NCBI GenBank assembly: GCA_964016885.1
Contig: OZ024743.1
Coordinates: 228,036,001-228,100,000, forward strand
Reading direction: 5' to 3'
DNA: 64,000 nucleotides
Source of the DNA: Eledone cirrhosa
Lineage: Eukaryota
This document shows, piece after piece, positions 38,168 through 51,505 of this stretch. The notes below the pieces were generated by a model. The model saw nothing but the letters and a program-made list of their open reading frames with translations, did no database searches and was not told the DNA's origin. The first letter of the stretch is position 1, and every line of letters begins with the position of its first letter. The position numbers and the translations under genes were made by a program.

Positions 38168-38170
<3 letters not shown>
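37975..38170 (-). mobile_element. Penelope-like fragment ending in a 128-bp palindrome with hammerhead 3' half
   Basis: Arms 38043-38105 / 38108-38170 with 2 differences; GAAA-CGGC-uugagcucu-GCCG-UC at 38128-38150; (TA)n on both sides. Confidence 0.7.
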
Positions 38171-38199
<29 letters not shown>

Positions 38200-38364
38200 C
38201 ACGCGCACGTATATTGTATGCGTGTTAATTCTTCTGTTTACGTTCTATAACTTAGAGATCAATAAAATATATGCCAGACTTGAATATATAGGAACTGGGG
38301 TCAATATAATGGACAAAGGCAACGTGTCCGATACTCTAACGATTTTATCATTTTGAAGATATAG

Positions 38365-38492
38365 GAAAGTTGATAAAATCGAGCAAAGTGTGATACTGAT
38401 ACTTTATTTTATCAATCCATGTAAAGGTGAAATGCTCAGGTAACCTCGGTGGCATTTGAACTCACAACGTAAAGGGCTGTTACTATATGCCA
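38365..38492 (-). mobile_element. SINE family A, diverged fragment
   Basis: actttattttatc..taacctcggtggcatttgaactca. Confidence 0.7.
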
Positions 38493-39269
38493 GTCTATCT
38501 ATACATGGTGCTGCCGAATCAAGTTTATCACAGTAAGAGGTAACAGCCACAACTTCACGTCAACCTTCAGTAGAAACCAGTCAAAATATTAATGAAAAAA
38601 AAAGTAAAATTTGGAGGTCTTCCAGTTGACCACAATAGATTGGTATGTCTACAGAAACCAGAGTTTGCAGTTATTGTTTTCCTGACAAAACTTTTAGCAT
38701 CAGACTCTTGCAAACGATGCCATAAATTTCATCATTGAAGGTGTGGGTTTGTGAGTGTGTATGTTTGAAAGTGTGCGTGATTGTGCGTATGTATGTGTGT
38801 AGGGTGAATGTGTGTAGTGTGTTATTACTTACCATTATTAATGATATTTGAGTTATTTAAAAGTTCAAACAGTGACTGACTTGGAAAAGTTTCCCATTTA
38901 GCGGTCTGAAACGGTTACGGCTGACTGCCGTTTTGAACAGACGCATTAAAAGCCAGCAGTCCGGCTGACATGTGCCAGCTTATCAAGACACAACTAATTG
39001 GATTTTCCGGCCGATAAGTCCAAGGAATATGCCAACCACTATTACCGAAACATTCCGACCACCACCTCTCGGAAAAGACTTGATTTTCATGAAAGTGATG
39101 ATGGTTGCTAATTTTTGCAAATATAAACGACGATATAAACAGAAACAAACCCCTCCCTCACCCAACACACACACAATATATTACATATACATACACACGT
39201 AGGAAAAGGTTTCTTCTCTCTTATGAATTTCAATATTGTTCTATTATTCTGAATCACTAGATAGCTAAA

Positions 39270-39526
39270 AGAAGGAGGAGACGGCGAAGAAGAAAAAGAC
39301 GGCGAAGAAGAAGAAGACGGCGAAGAAGAAGACGGCGAAGAAGACGGCGAAGAAGAAGAAGAAGGCGAAGAAGAAGAAGAAGAAGAAGAAGAAGGCGAAG
39401 AAGAAGAAGAAGAAGGCGAAGAAGAAGAAGAAGAAGAAGAAGAAGAAGACGGCGAAGAAGAAGAAGAAGACGGCGAAGAAGAAGAAGATGGCGAAGAAGA
39501 CGGCGAAGAAGAAGAAGAAGGCGAAT

Positions 39527-39557
<31 letters not shown>

Positions 39558-39567
39558 AGAAGGCGAA

Positions 39568-39598
<31 letters not shown>

Positions 39599-39630
39599 AA
39601 GGCGAATAAGAAGAAGGAGGAGGAGGAGAC
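39270..39630. repeat. (GAA)n trinucleotide repeat with GAC-GGC interruptions
   Basis: Direct inspection. Confidence 0.95.
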
Positions 39631-39699
39631 GACAACGACGATGATGATTATGATTTCTTGTTCAATAGAGACAAAGTATTTTAAATTTTAGACTTTGAA

Positions 39700-39903
39700 T
39701 ATTCTAACACAAACCGACAATCCAACGACACCAAGGAAAGTCGATTATACCGGCTCCAGCACTTCCCAGGTACTTTGTTATATCAACATCGGAAGGATGA
39801 AAGGCAAAGTTGATGTCAGCTGGATTTGAACTTAGGACGTAAAGCGTCGTAATTGAACAGCACAAAGCATTTTGTCCGATGCTCTAACGATTCTGCCAAT
39901 TCA
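39700..39903 (-). mobile_element. SINE family A (long-tail, old)
   Basis: aaggatgaaaggcaaagttga..ggatttgaact..gattctgccaat. Confidence 0.75.
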
Positions 39904-41480
39904 CAAATAAAATTACTGCAACAATAGACGATCCGCCACCCCTCAAAATAATTTTAAAAACTCTAAACAAAATACAAAACACCCCAGCCAGACTAAAATA
40001 GGTTTCACACTCTTGTATCAAAAGAATTTCTGGCGTATAATTGTGATGTTTTTGTTGTAATTTTCTTTTATAGGGGCGGGTGTCAGGAAGAGGGGAGACT
40101 AGACATGTCGGTGGTGGTGTTGGCTTGTTGGTTGGTAAACTGCTCACTCACTAACAGCAAGTGGGGCTTGTTAACTGGGTTTTGTAGGTAAGTAGGTAGT
40201 AGATAGACAAGGCCGAGTTGTAAGAACGAAACATGATCAGTCAACCGGAAATATAACTACTGAACTAATGACTGAACTAATGACAACGGTAGATAGATAG
40301 ACAGAGAGAATTTGTGGTGGCCCCAACAGAATTAGGATGGGAAAGAGATTGTAGTGGTGGATAGAGAGGGAAGGAGAGAGAGAGAGAGCAGTGATGTATA
40401 TGCGGAGATTTGGGTTAGCGGTATTAAGCCAGAAAATGAGACGAAACTGGTGTGGTGTTTGGTTCAGAGGCAATGAATGACGTTGCAGTAATATTAACAA
40501 CCCGGAGGAGAGAGAGTGAGAGAGAGAGAGAGAGAGAGGGAGTGTGCGTGTGTGTGTGTGTATATATATATATATATTATATATATATACATATATATAA
40601 TAGTGTTGGTGATTTACAACCAGTAATTGCAGTGGAAAATTCAATTAAAAATCCATTACAAATCCGGTCTACTACTATTAACGCTACACATACGAGTAGT
40701 AGTGGTTGTAGGTAGTAGTAGTAGTATGACAGACGTACAGGAGCTCAGTCAGTGCAATCTCAGTTCATCTAAGCGAGATATTAATCAATGTATACGACTC
40801 AACAGGTACCCGGTGCTATAACTATATATAGAGAGAGAGACTCAAGACTGATCTAGGACTAGATCTCAACAACACGACTTAATTTGTTGATATCCCTGCC
40901 AAAGACTCAAACAGAACACAACCTCAATTTTTCCTTTTTCCATTAATCTAGAGCTCTAGATTTATTTGAAGACAGTTTTGAAATACTAGTATTAACAAAG
41001 CTCTACACAAACACAGTTGTGCATGCTTTGTCCTTGTTAATAAACAGTATATTCTTTGCTTCCTGAATTTATTTTGCTATAATATGGTAGCGGTGGGGGA
41101 TCTAGCTAGCTGGCCCTCTCTGTCTGGGACCAATCTAGCATAAACTATCTTAAGAGTAATACTCTCATATGTCATTCGTCTAATGTTACGCAGAGCAGGA
41201 CTGGAAGGGGTTGGATGAACTAGTGATAAAGACACACCATACCCATGTGGATAGTTATGGCTAGGAGTAAAGGAAGTAAGATAATTTATGAAGTAGGATA
41301 GATTACACACATTAAGTGTGGCGCTAAGTTTAGCGTAAAACGTCTTCCCTGGTTCGTATTTCGATCCTCACTCACCAAGGGCACCACGTGAAAATTATTT
41401 CCCTGATAAACACACTAAATCTTAGTCTGATATGAACTACTCTAAGTTATATTTTCAGAAGACCGGCTAACTACTTATAC

Positions 41481-41863
41481 ATAATAATTGTTTCTACTTC
41501 AGGCACAAGGCCAGTAATTACCCAGTACATTACTGGTACTTTACTCTATCGACCCCGTAAGGATGAAAGGCAAAGTTAAACTCGGCGGGATTTGAACTCA
41601 GAATGGCAAGCATGGTGTCCGACCCTCTACCGATACTGCCAGTCCACCATGGTTTCTTATATAGGCACAAGGCCAGCAATTTTTTGGGGCAGAGGAAAGT
41701 CAATTAAATCGACTCCAGTGCATTACTGGTGCTTTATTTTATCGATTCCGTAAGGATGAAAGGCAAAGCTCACCTCGATGGAATTTGAACTTAGAATTTA
41801 AAAGGCCACAACTCTCTGCCACGAAGCATGTTGTCCGATGCTCTACCGATACTGCCCATCCAC
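41481..41863 (-). mobile_element. Two tandem family A SINEs (short-tail 41481-41648, long-tail 41649-41863)
   Basis: Two complete tail-core-head units abutting. Confidence 0.9.
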
Positions 41864-42807
41864 GAATAAATAAGTAAAATACGAAATTGGAAAAGCCTAG
41901 CCAGGGCCGGACGATGTCCAGAGGTACTGGATGAAGAAGTTGAGAAGGCTCCATGAAAGGATAGCACAACAGCTGGATAGATATTTGCAGAGAAGCTTAG
42001 TTCTAAGTTGGATGATAAAGGAAAAGACATTGTTATGTGTCAAAGAAAATGAAAAGTGTAACAATGCTTCTAACTTTCGGACATTAACGTGCCTCAGCTA
42101 ATGTGGAAACTACTGACAGGTGTTTCGGAAATAATCGAAGCGCCTTATGATATTTCTGTGACAGGTTTGCGTAAGAAAATGCGACAGAATGGCTAACAAA
42201 ATGAAAACACAAAGACTAACTTTTAAAAAACGTGATGACGACGGAATTTCCTTAAATAAAAATAAATTTAAAACATCCTTTCCCTCTCTATCTCTACCAT
42301 CTCCAATACCGGATTTCGGGGCGGACGAGGATATATGCATTCTTTTTCTATATTTATTTTATTTTTTTTACATGACTGTTACTTACACATACTGATTATG
42401 AACAGTTTCCTGAAATAGATATCTCCAAAGGCACAAACACTGCCCACTCCGAGAGCAAGGAATGCTAATTAGTATGGTAGTAGAAAAGGACGTGTACGAC
42501 TCACCATGACCTAATTGTGTACGAGAAACCTACTTATTTGTCTATTTATTTATTTATTTATTTATTAAGACTTTAAGTTTAGTCTTCTTTACTACATATA
42601 CCATCCACCTCCACATCTTATACTATAACACTCTCTCTACCCCTCTTTCTCTCCCTTACCGGGTTCAGTCCAAACTAAATAGTAGGTACTGATTACATCC
42701 GGGCTCTACATAGTGCAGGTTTTTACTGCGTTACGTGTGTGTGTATGTAGGGAGGAGGGGTAAAGAGAAAGGGATAAAGCAAAATGTAAATAAATAAAAA
42801 ATAACTT

Positions 42808-43165
42808 TAATAATGGGTTGAAATTTAGACACAAGGTCAGTAATTTTGCTAGCAAGTAGAATGTTAATCAAATCAACCCCGCATCACCACTGTTGCTGTT
42901 ATTGAACCCCCGGTAAGAATTTAAGGCAAGTTAACCACGGTGGGATTTTAAGTCAAAATTTAAAGAGATGAAACTTATGTGCCGCAAAGAAATGAATGCG
43001 AAGCTCTAGCGATTCTGCTAATCCACCATAATATAACAATGATAATAATAGTAATAATAATTGTTTCTACTTTAGGCACAAGGCCAGCAATTACCCAGTG
43101 CATTACTGGTACTTTATTTTATCGACCCCGTAAGGATGAAAGGCAAAGTTAACCTCGGCGGGATG
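42808..43165 (-). mobile_element. Old family A copy (42808-43028) and young truncated copy (43055-43165)
   Basis: Tail, core and head motifs. Confidence 0.8.
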
Positions 43166-43224
43166 TAATAATAATAATGGCTGGAGAGACAAGGTCTCAA
43201 CAAATGTATGTGATATGTATGTAT

Positions 43225-43281
<57 letters not shown>

Positions 43282-43446
43282 AGTAATTAAGTGGAGTAAT
43301 TCACTATTGTCTTTGGTAAGGTGCATAAAGCTCTATGCGTAAGTAGGATCCACAGTAATCAGAGAACCAAGCCTAATAAACGGTGTGTGTGTATGTATGT
43401 GTATGTATGTATATATATGTATGTATATATAAATATATATATATAT

Positions 43447-43550
43447 AGGGCGAGCCAGTGGCCTATTACTCTGAAGTTTCTTCTGTATGACTTGCAGTGT
43501 CACCAGAGAGATCATGAACAGTAATAGGCCGCCGATTCGTCCTTAATAAA
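43447..43550 (+). ncRNA. Degenerate type I hammerhead with 24-bp helix I
   Basis: 43447-43470 pairs with 43520-43543 (3 G-U, 2 mismatches), enclosing CUGAAGu...GAgA-ucauga-aC; AATAAA at 43545-43550. Confidence 0.5.
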
Positions 43551-43715
43551 CCTATTAATCTCTAATATGGCAATGGGGTGTTCATTCCTGAAACGTCCAT
43601 TCTAAACCTGTGTGTGTTTGTGTACACACACACATACATACACATGCATATATATATATATGATGATTTCTAAAGAATGAAACAGTTCTAGTCCTGTAGA
43701 ATTTCATCTATATTA

Positions 43716-43761
<46 letters not shown>

Positions 43762-43870
43762 AGTATTGAAGTTTCCGTTGAAAATTGAAAAAGTCATAGG
43801 AGTGAAGAGTGCTCTATGCAAGTTACAGAGCTAAATTTAATCAGACAAGGCAATTTAAAACATAAAATTG

Positions 43871-43945
43871 CCTTGTCTGACGAACGAATGAGGACGTTTC
43901 TTGTATTCGTCTTATTCGGGAAACCTCTGGTAATGAGGTAATTAT
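43871..43945 (+). ncRNA. Type I hammerhead ribozyme candidate
   Basis: CUGACGA 43877-83; 11-bp stem II 43885-96/43908-18; GAAA 43920-23; stem III ACCUC/GAGGU; GUA site at 43940; helix I weak. Confidence 0.68.
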
Positions 43946-43963
43946 ATTGTATTATTTATTATA

Positions 43964-44280
43964 GATTGGCAGTATTGGTAGAGGGTTGGACGCCATGCTT
44001 TCCAGCATAGTTACGTCCCTTTATGATCTGAGTTCAAATCCCGCCGAGGTTGACTTTGCCTTTCATCCTTACGGGGTCGATAAAATAAAGTACCAGTAAT
44101 GCACTGGGTAATTGCTGGCCTTGTGCCTAAAGTAGAAACAATTATTTATTATACATTATGGTCTGAGTTAAAATCCCGCCGAGGTTAACTTTGCCTTTCA
44201 TCCTTACGGGGTCGATAAAATAAAGTACCAGTAATGTACTGAGATAATTGCTGGCCTTGTGCCAAAAGTAGAAATAATTA
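43964..44280 (+). mobile_element. Family A SINE (43964-44144) plus truncated second copy (44157-44280)
   Basis: attatttattata occurs at 43951, 44141 and 44277. Confidence 0.9.
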
Positions 44281-44317
44281 TTTATTATACATTATATATA
44301 TATATATATAAATTGAA

Positions 44318-44372
44318 TATAGAAATGGCTTACTGTGGTTACCTCCGATTGAAGTACCTTACTGTGGTTAAC
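44318..44372. repeat. About 29-bp tandem duplication
   Basis: cttactgtggttacc(t)ccgattgaa twice. Confidence 0.85.
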
Positions 44373-44388
44373 CCCGATTGAACCTGGG

Positions 44389-44433
<45 letters not shown>

Positions 44434-45154
44434 TCACACATTCTTTTATCGTTTCTTAGTAACAGACTTAATAAAAAGTGGACAATCTTGAATTCAGATG
44501 ATGAACTTCGAACTGACAAGTGTGGATGATATATTACCTTCAATGGTACTTATATACTTTAATCATACACTAGTATTCCTTTAATCTATAACATTTAAAG
44601 GATTATACACAATCCCACTATACATACACTATATATATATATGGCAATGAGGTATTCATTCCTGCAACGTCCATTCTAAACCTGTGTTTATACATACATA
44701 TAAACATACATGATTGCTTGTCTTGTTATATAGACAAACGTTATATATGAAGAGAGAGAGAGAGAGTGGGAAATAGCCACTACTGTTGTGAACCATCCCA
44801 CAAATAATTCACATTCTCACGATGATGACTATTGAGTAGTGAGTGTAAAAGGTCTCTGAAACAAAACCATGTCATTTCCATTCACTTGTCAAGACAGAAT
44901 ATTGGCTCTACACGCTCAAGTGAGCTTAAGAAGTAGGGGACTGTGTTATATTGCTACTCTCGGGTCCAAAATAATGAGGGAGGGGGAATAAGTGCGCGGG
45001 AAGGTGGGGTTGGTAATTTTTCTAGGTTGTCTCAGTTGATTTTTGAAAAAACAAAATGAATTGTTTAGTTTACATATTGAGATCTCAACCCATCCTATTT
45101 ATTTTATAATAAATGGGATTTCCAGTAATGTACTTTTTTTAATCACGAGACCTT

Positions 45155-45340
45155 ATGGTTAGGATGCTGGACTCACGTGTATAATAAAGCCGTGAGTTCG
45201 ATTCCTAGGCCAAGCGGCGCGCTGTGTTCTTTTATTTCATTTTACGTTGTTTTTTCCTGAAGGGATTAGGACCCCTATCATTAAAGCACTCAAAAAACTT
45301 GCCAAGGGATGCAAGCACGTGATAGGCCAGCTAAACCAGT
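45155..45340 (+). mobile_element. Family B head with family E 3' module
   Basis: gagttcgattcct..gctgtgttct then ggacccctatcattaaa..cagctaaacc. Confidence 0.6.
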
Positions 45341-46123
45341 GTGATCCATTTTTTTTTTTTACTATTTCAATGCCACACATAATGAATAGAAAACAATTGA
45401 TTTTATCGATCCCAGTATGCCTGCAAGGGATGAAAGGAGAAGTAGTCGCCTGGTGGGATTATACACAGAAGTACGTGAAAGGACCTATCTAAATACCACA
45501 AGGTATCTATCTCATTCATAGCTTTACTTATTTCCGCCATTGCATCGCCTTCTTAAAAGAAACAATATATATGTGTATGTGTGAGAGAGAGAGAAAGAGA
45601 TAGCGTGTGTGCGTGTGTATACACACACACACACACACTATATACGTACTTATATATTTATACACATACATATACACACAATATGGCTTCCAACTAGAAC
45701 ATTTTCAAACGAGATCGTTTATGTTTGAAACATGTATTGTAGTCTAACATATATGATAGGAAACAAGGAAATATTCCGCTACTTAAGAACAAACCATTTA
45801 CGATTACCATCAGCAATACTAACTTTGTTATCTTAATGTACTCGTTTAGTTTTACTTTCAATAGACATGGCTGTTCCCTCATAACGTTTAGATATGTGTG
45901 TATTTATGTGTGTTGTGTTTGTGGTGTCCGTGCATGTGCGCATCATATGTTTCACTTCGTTTGAATAAACTACCCCCTCCCTCTAAACAATAAAACACAT
46001 TTGTAGAGCTCAATAAATGTCTATAGTGTCTATGGTGCTGGGTGGGTGTTGTCTGAGTAGTTTGTCTTACAATTCTATCTACCTTAGGTTATAAAGGCCA
46101 CGGGTGGTTTCTCTAACCAGACC

Positions 46124-46319
46124 CAATTGTTTAAAAAATTTTCACATACATACATGCGCATGTACTATATATGTTAAGATCTGCGACTAGAAAGACGAAT
46201 GGAAAGGTTGTTTCCAGATCGAACCAAGGAAACAACGTTTCCATTCGTCTTTCTAGTCGCAAATCTTAACATATATAGTACATGCGCATGTATGTATGTG
46301 AACATTTTTTAAACAATTG
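46124..46319. repeat. 196-bp inverted repeat (about 92-bp arms, 12-nt loop)
   Basis: caattgtttaaaaaa...gttgtttcc / ggaaacaac...ttttttaaacaattg; 3 mismatches. Confidence 0.92.
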
Positions 46320-47047
46320 TGTATATATATATACATACATATATATATATACATACATACATATATATATATATACATATATACATATATATATACATAT
46401 ACATACATATACATACATATATATATATATATACATATACATACATATACATACATATACATACATATACATACATATACATACATATACATACATATAC
46501 ATACATATACATACATATACATACATATACATACATATACATACATATACATACATATACATACATATACATACATATACATACATATATATATATACAT
46601 ATATATATATACATACATATATATATATACATACATATATATATATACATACATATATATATATACATACATATATATATATACATACATATATATATAT
46701 ACATACATAAATATATATACATACATATATATATATACATACATACATATATATACATACATACATACATATATATATACTATATAATATATACATATAT
46801 TATATATATATATATACATATATATATATTATATATATATAACATATATATATATATACATATATATATACATATATATATATACATATATATACATATA
46901 TATATACATATATATATATACATATATATATACATATATATATATATACATATATATATTACATATATATATACATATATATATATACATATATATATAT
47001 ACATATATATATACATATATATATATATACATATATATTATATATAC

Positions 47048-47142
<95 letters not shown>

Positions 47143-47265
47143 CATACATATATATATACATATATATATATATACATACATACATATATATATATATACA
47201 TACATACATACATATATACATACATATATATATATACATACATACATACATATATATATATATAC

Positions 47266-47298
<33 letters not shown>

Positions 47299-47472
47299 CA
47301 TACATATATACATACATATATACATACATATATATATACATACATATATATATACATATATATATATACATATATATATATACATACATACATACATACA
47401 TATATACATACATACATATATATACATACATACATATATATACATACATACATATATACATACATACATACA

Positions 47473-47508
<36 letters not shown>

Positions 47509-47590
47509 TACATACATACATACATATATACATATATATATACATACATATATACATACATATATATATATATACATACATACATATATA

Positions 47591-47626
<36 letters not shown>

Positions 47627-47659
47627 CATACATATATACATACATATATACATACATAT

Positions 47660-47714
<55 letters not shown>

Positions 47715-48171
47715 CATACATATATACATACATACATATATATATACATACATACATACATATATACATACATACATATATATATACATACATACATACA
47801 TACATATATACATACATACATATATACATACATACATATATACATACATACATATATACATACATACATATATACATACATACATATATACATACATACA
47901 TATATACATACATACATATATACATACATACATACATATATACATACATACATATATACATACATACATATATACATACATACATATATATATACATACA
48001 TACATATATACATACATACATACATATATATATACATACATATATATATACATACATATATATATACATACATATATATATACATACATATATATATACA
48101 TACATACATATATACATACATATATACATACATATATACATACATACATATATACATATATACATACATAC

Positions 48172-48207
<36 letters not shown>

Positions 48208-48208
48208 A
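46320..48208. repeat. 1.9-kb (TA)n/(TACA)n compound microsatellite
   Basis: Almost only A, T and C on the plus strand; includes a 10-bp-period block atacatatac at about 46430-46585. Confidence 0.97.
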
Positions 48209-48582
48209 CGTACACAAACAAACATATATGTGCACGATAATATGTATGCTTATGCATTCACACATAGTAAATATTGTGCGTTTAACTAAATATATAGCAA
48301 GAACAAAAAATAAACAGAAGCAGAAATTCCTTTATGAATAGCACAGAAGGATCTAGATTCTGAGTCTCGGCACTCTACTGGATAATTTCCTACCACCTCG
48401 GCTTTTCTTTTCAAAATATAGACGTACATACATACTCATACGAACCGGTATTTAAGCATCAGTAGCTTTCATCCTTGCAACGAGGATAAAAGACTTCAAA
48501 CCTACATATATACCTACACACACCTATTCCATTCTACTTCACTCTATGAGCTCTAATCATCACAATTATATATATATATATA

Positions 48583-48657
<75 letters not shown>

Positions 48658-49162
48658 CGTGTGCGCGCGCGCGCCTGTGTTTATGGTATGTATATGCTAT
48701 GTAAGTATGTATGTTTTATGCGCGTGCAAGACTTACTTTCTTTTATTGTATAAAGTCATGTCTTAAAATTAAGAAGAATCGATAAACTTCGAAATCTCCG
48801 CTTCCACCCCTCTTCTGCACTTCTCCCCCTCCCCAGTGTCGTCTTCATGCTTACGAGGAACACAAGAACTTGAATGATTGCCCTACTAAAATATTTTCCA
48901 GGCATCTCTTCTACTTCTCCACTCCCTCTCTATTCCTCTTCCGTCGATCATTGTTTGTTTCTTTCTTTTTCTCCCTCTCTCTTCCCTAGCTTTCTCAGAC
49001 AATAGACAGACAGACAAGCAAGAAGAAATTCCAAAAGAAAACAACAGCATCTACAAACAAATAAAAACAAACGAATAAATAATAAAAGGGATTGAACTTG
49101 AGTTCATATATTTCTAGAGTCTGACAGCTTGCTTAATGAGTAGGCTATGCGAAGATCCCTAA

Positions 49163-49393
49163 AAACAACAACAACAACAACAACAACAACAGCAACAATA
49201 CAACCAAGAGCAACGCCACCAACAACACTACCATCACCAACAACAACTACAACAACATAACCATCATCAACGAAACCAGCGAACAACACCGCCAACACCA
49301 CCACCACGCTAACACCACCAACAACAACACTAACAACACCAACAACAATACTAACAACACCAACAACAATACTATCACCACTACCACCAACAA
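49163..49393. repeat. (CAA/CAC)n degenerate trinucleotide repeat
   Basis: Direct inspection. Confidence 0.9.
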
Positions 49394-49689
49394 TATAACT
49401 TGTTTCATTTTAACATGGAACAACGGAATATTCAGCTCTTTTTGAAAAGGCAGGATCGGATCGGAAGTGTAAGAACGAACGTAGTAGAGTGCTGTGGTTG
49501 GTTGGGAAAAGAAAGAAGAATCTAAGTGGATTTATTGGGAGGGTGAAGCTTAATGCGAGCCGCAGAAATAAAACACGCATTTAAAAGCAGACAGAAATTC
49601 AATAAATAACAAAATAGATTTTATACGGAAACAACAGCATTACAAGAAAGAAGAGAATAGACACGACGTTTCTTGCCTACGTACGTTAT

Positions 49690-50147
49690 GTGTATGTGTA
49701 TATATACATATACATATATATATACAAATATATATACAAATATATATATATACATATATATATATACAAATATATATACAAATATATATATATACATATA
49801 TATATATACAAATATATATATACAAATATATATATATACAAATATATATATACAAATATATATACAAATATATATATATACATATATATATATACAAATA
49901 TATATATATATACATATATATATATACAAATATATATATATATACATATATATATATACAAATATATATATATATACATATATATATATACAAATATATA
50001 TATATACATATATATATATACAAATATATATATATATACATGTATATATATATATATATATACAAATATATATATACATATATATATACATGTATATATA
50101 TATATATATATACAAATATATATATACATATATATATACATATATAT

Positions 50148-50189
<42 letters not shown>

Positions 50190-50231
50190 ATATATATATA
50201 TATACATATATATACATGTATATACATATAT

Positions 50232-50292
<61 letters not shown>

Positions 50293-50370
50293 AATATTTA
50301 CACATAAACACACACACACATATGTGTGTGTGTGTTTATATATATATATATATACACACATACATATATA
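49690..50370. repeat. (TA)n array punctuated by caaa, cata and catg
   Basis: Direct inspection. Confidence 0.95.
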
Positions 50371-50659
50371 GTTATATATTTGTGCGTGTGAGAACTAACA
50401 CAAAATTCCTGTGTGTATATGTTTTGTAAGAATCAATACTCAGCAATTCTTGAATTTAGTGTTCGCATTTCCAAATTAAGTTTGGTCTTGTTACCCTCTC
50501 TTTTACTCTCAAATAGACAATTAAACTCTTGCACACACACACACACACACATTCAGACAGAATGGTCGGAGAAAGAGGGCTGTTGAGCATAGGAAGCAAG
50601 GGTGAGGTGGAGGTGTTCAATTTTAACAAGAAAGGATTAAAGACAAGTAATGAAAACAA

Positions 50660-51358
50660 TGAAACAGGGAAAGGTAAGACGGGAGAGACAGAGAGACATA
50701 GACAGGTAGAGAGATAGGTAGAGAGAGTGAGAGAGAGAAAGGAATGATAAAAGAGACAAAGTGAACGAGGACAAAGAAAGTATGAGAGCGAAATACAGAG
50801 AAGAAAGACAGAGGGTGAAGAAGAGAGACAGAAGAAGAGAGAGAGGTAGGGAGATAAGAGACAGAAGGGGGAAAAGAGAGACAGAGAAGGGGGGAGACAG
50901 AGGGGGGGAGACATAGAGGGGGCAAAAGAGAGACAGTGGGGGAAGACAGACAGGGAAGAGGAGAGTGAGGAAGAGGAGAGACAGAGAGGAGGAAGAAGAG
51001 TGACAGAGAGGGGGAAGAAAAGAGACAGAGAGGCGGAAGATGAGAGAGAGAGAGAGGGAAGAAGAGTCACAGAGACTAGGAAGAAGAGAGACAGAGAGGG
51101 GGAAGAAGAGGGGTGGGGAAAGAAGAGAGAGAGGTGGGGGAAGAAGAGAGAGAGGTGGGAGAAGAAGAGAGAGAGAGAGGTAGGGGAAGAGGAACATGGC
51201 AAAAGAGAGTAGGGAAAGAAACACAGACAAGAGGAAGGAAGTGGATAAGGAAGCAGTATAATTCATGAAAGGGATGAAAAGAATGATAAAAGGAAGCCTA
51301 CTGAGAAAGAGAGAGAGAGAAAGAGTGAGAGAGAGAAAGAGAGAGAGAGAGAGAGAAA

Positions 51359-51438
<80 letters not shown>

Positions 51439-51505
51439 TGAGAGGGAGGGTGGGAGAAAGAGAGTGAGAGGGAGGGTGGGAGAAAGAGTGGGAGAGAGAG
51501 AAGAG
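50660..51505. repeat. Polypurine (GA-rich) tract
   Basis: About 850 bp nearly all G/A, with pure (GA)n at 51362-51432. Confidence 0.92.

Noticed and set aside
39108-39691. Poly-Ser, poly-Lys and poly-Glu ORFs
   Set aside because: (GAA)n repeat with in-frame TAA in the Glu frame and no non-repetitive coding flanks
46319-48289. 656-aa ORF and the other long Y/I/H/T/M/C/V ORFs (8.3-10.7 kb, 46-50 kb, 53 kb)
   Set aside because: Translations of stop-free TA/CA microsatellites, not proteins
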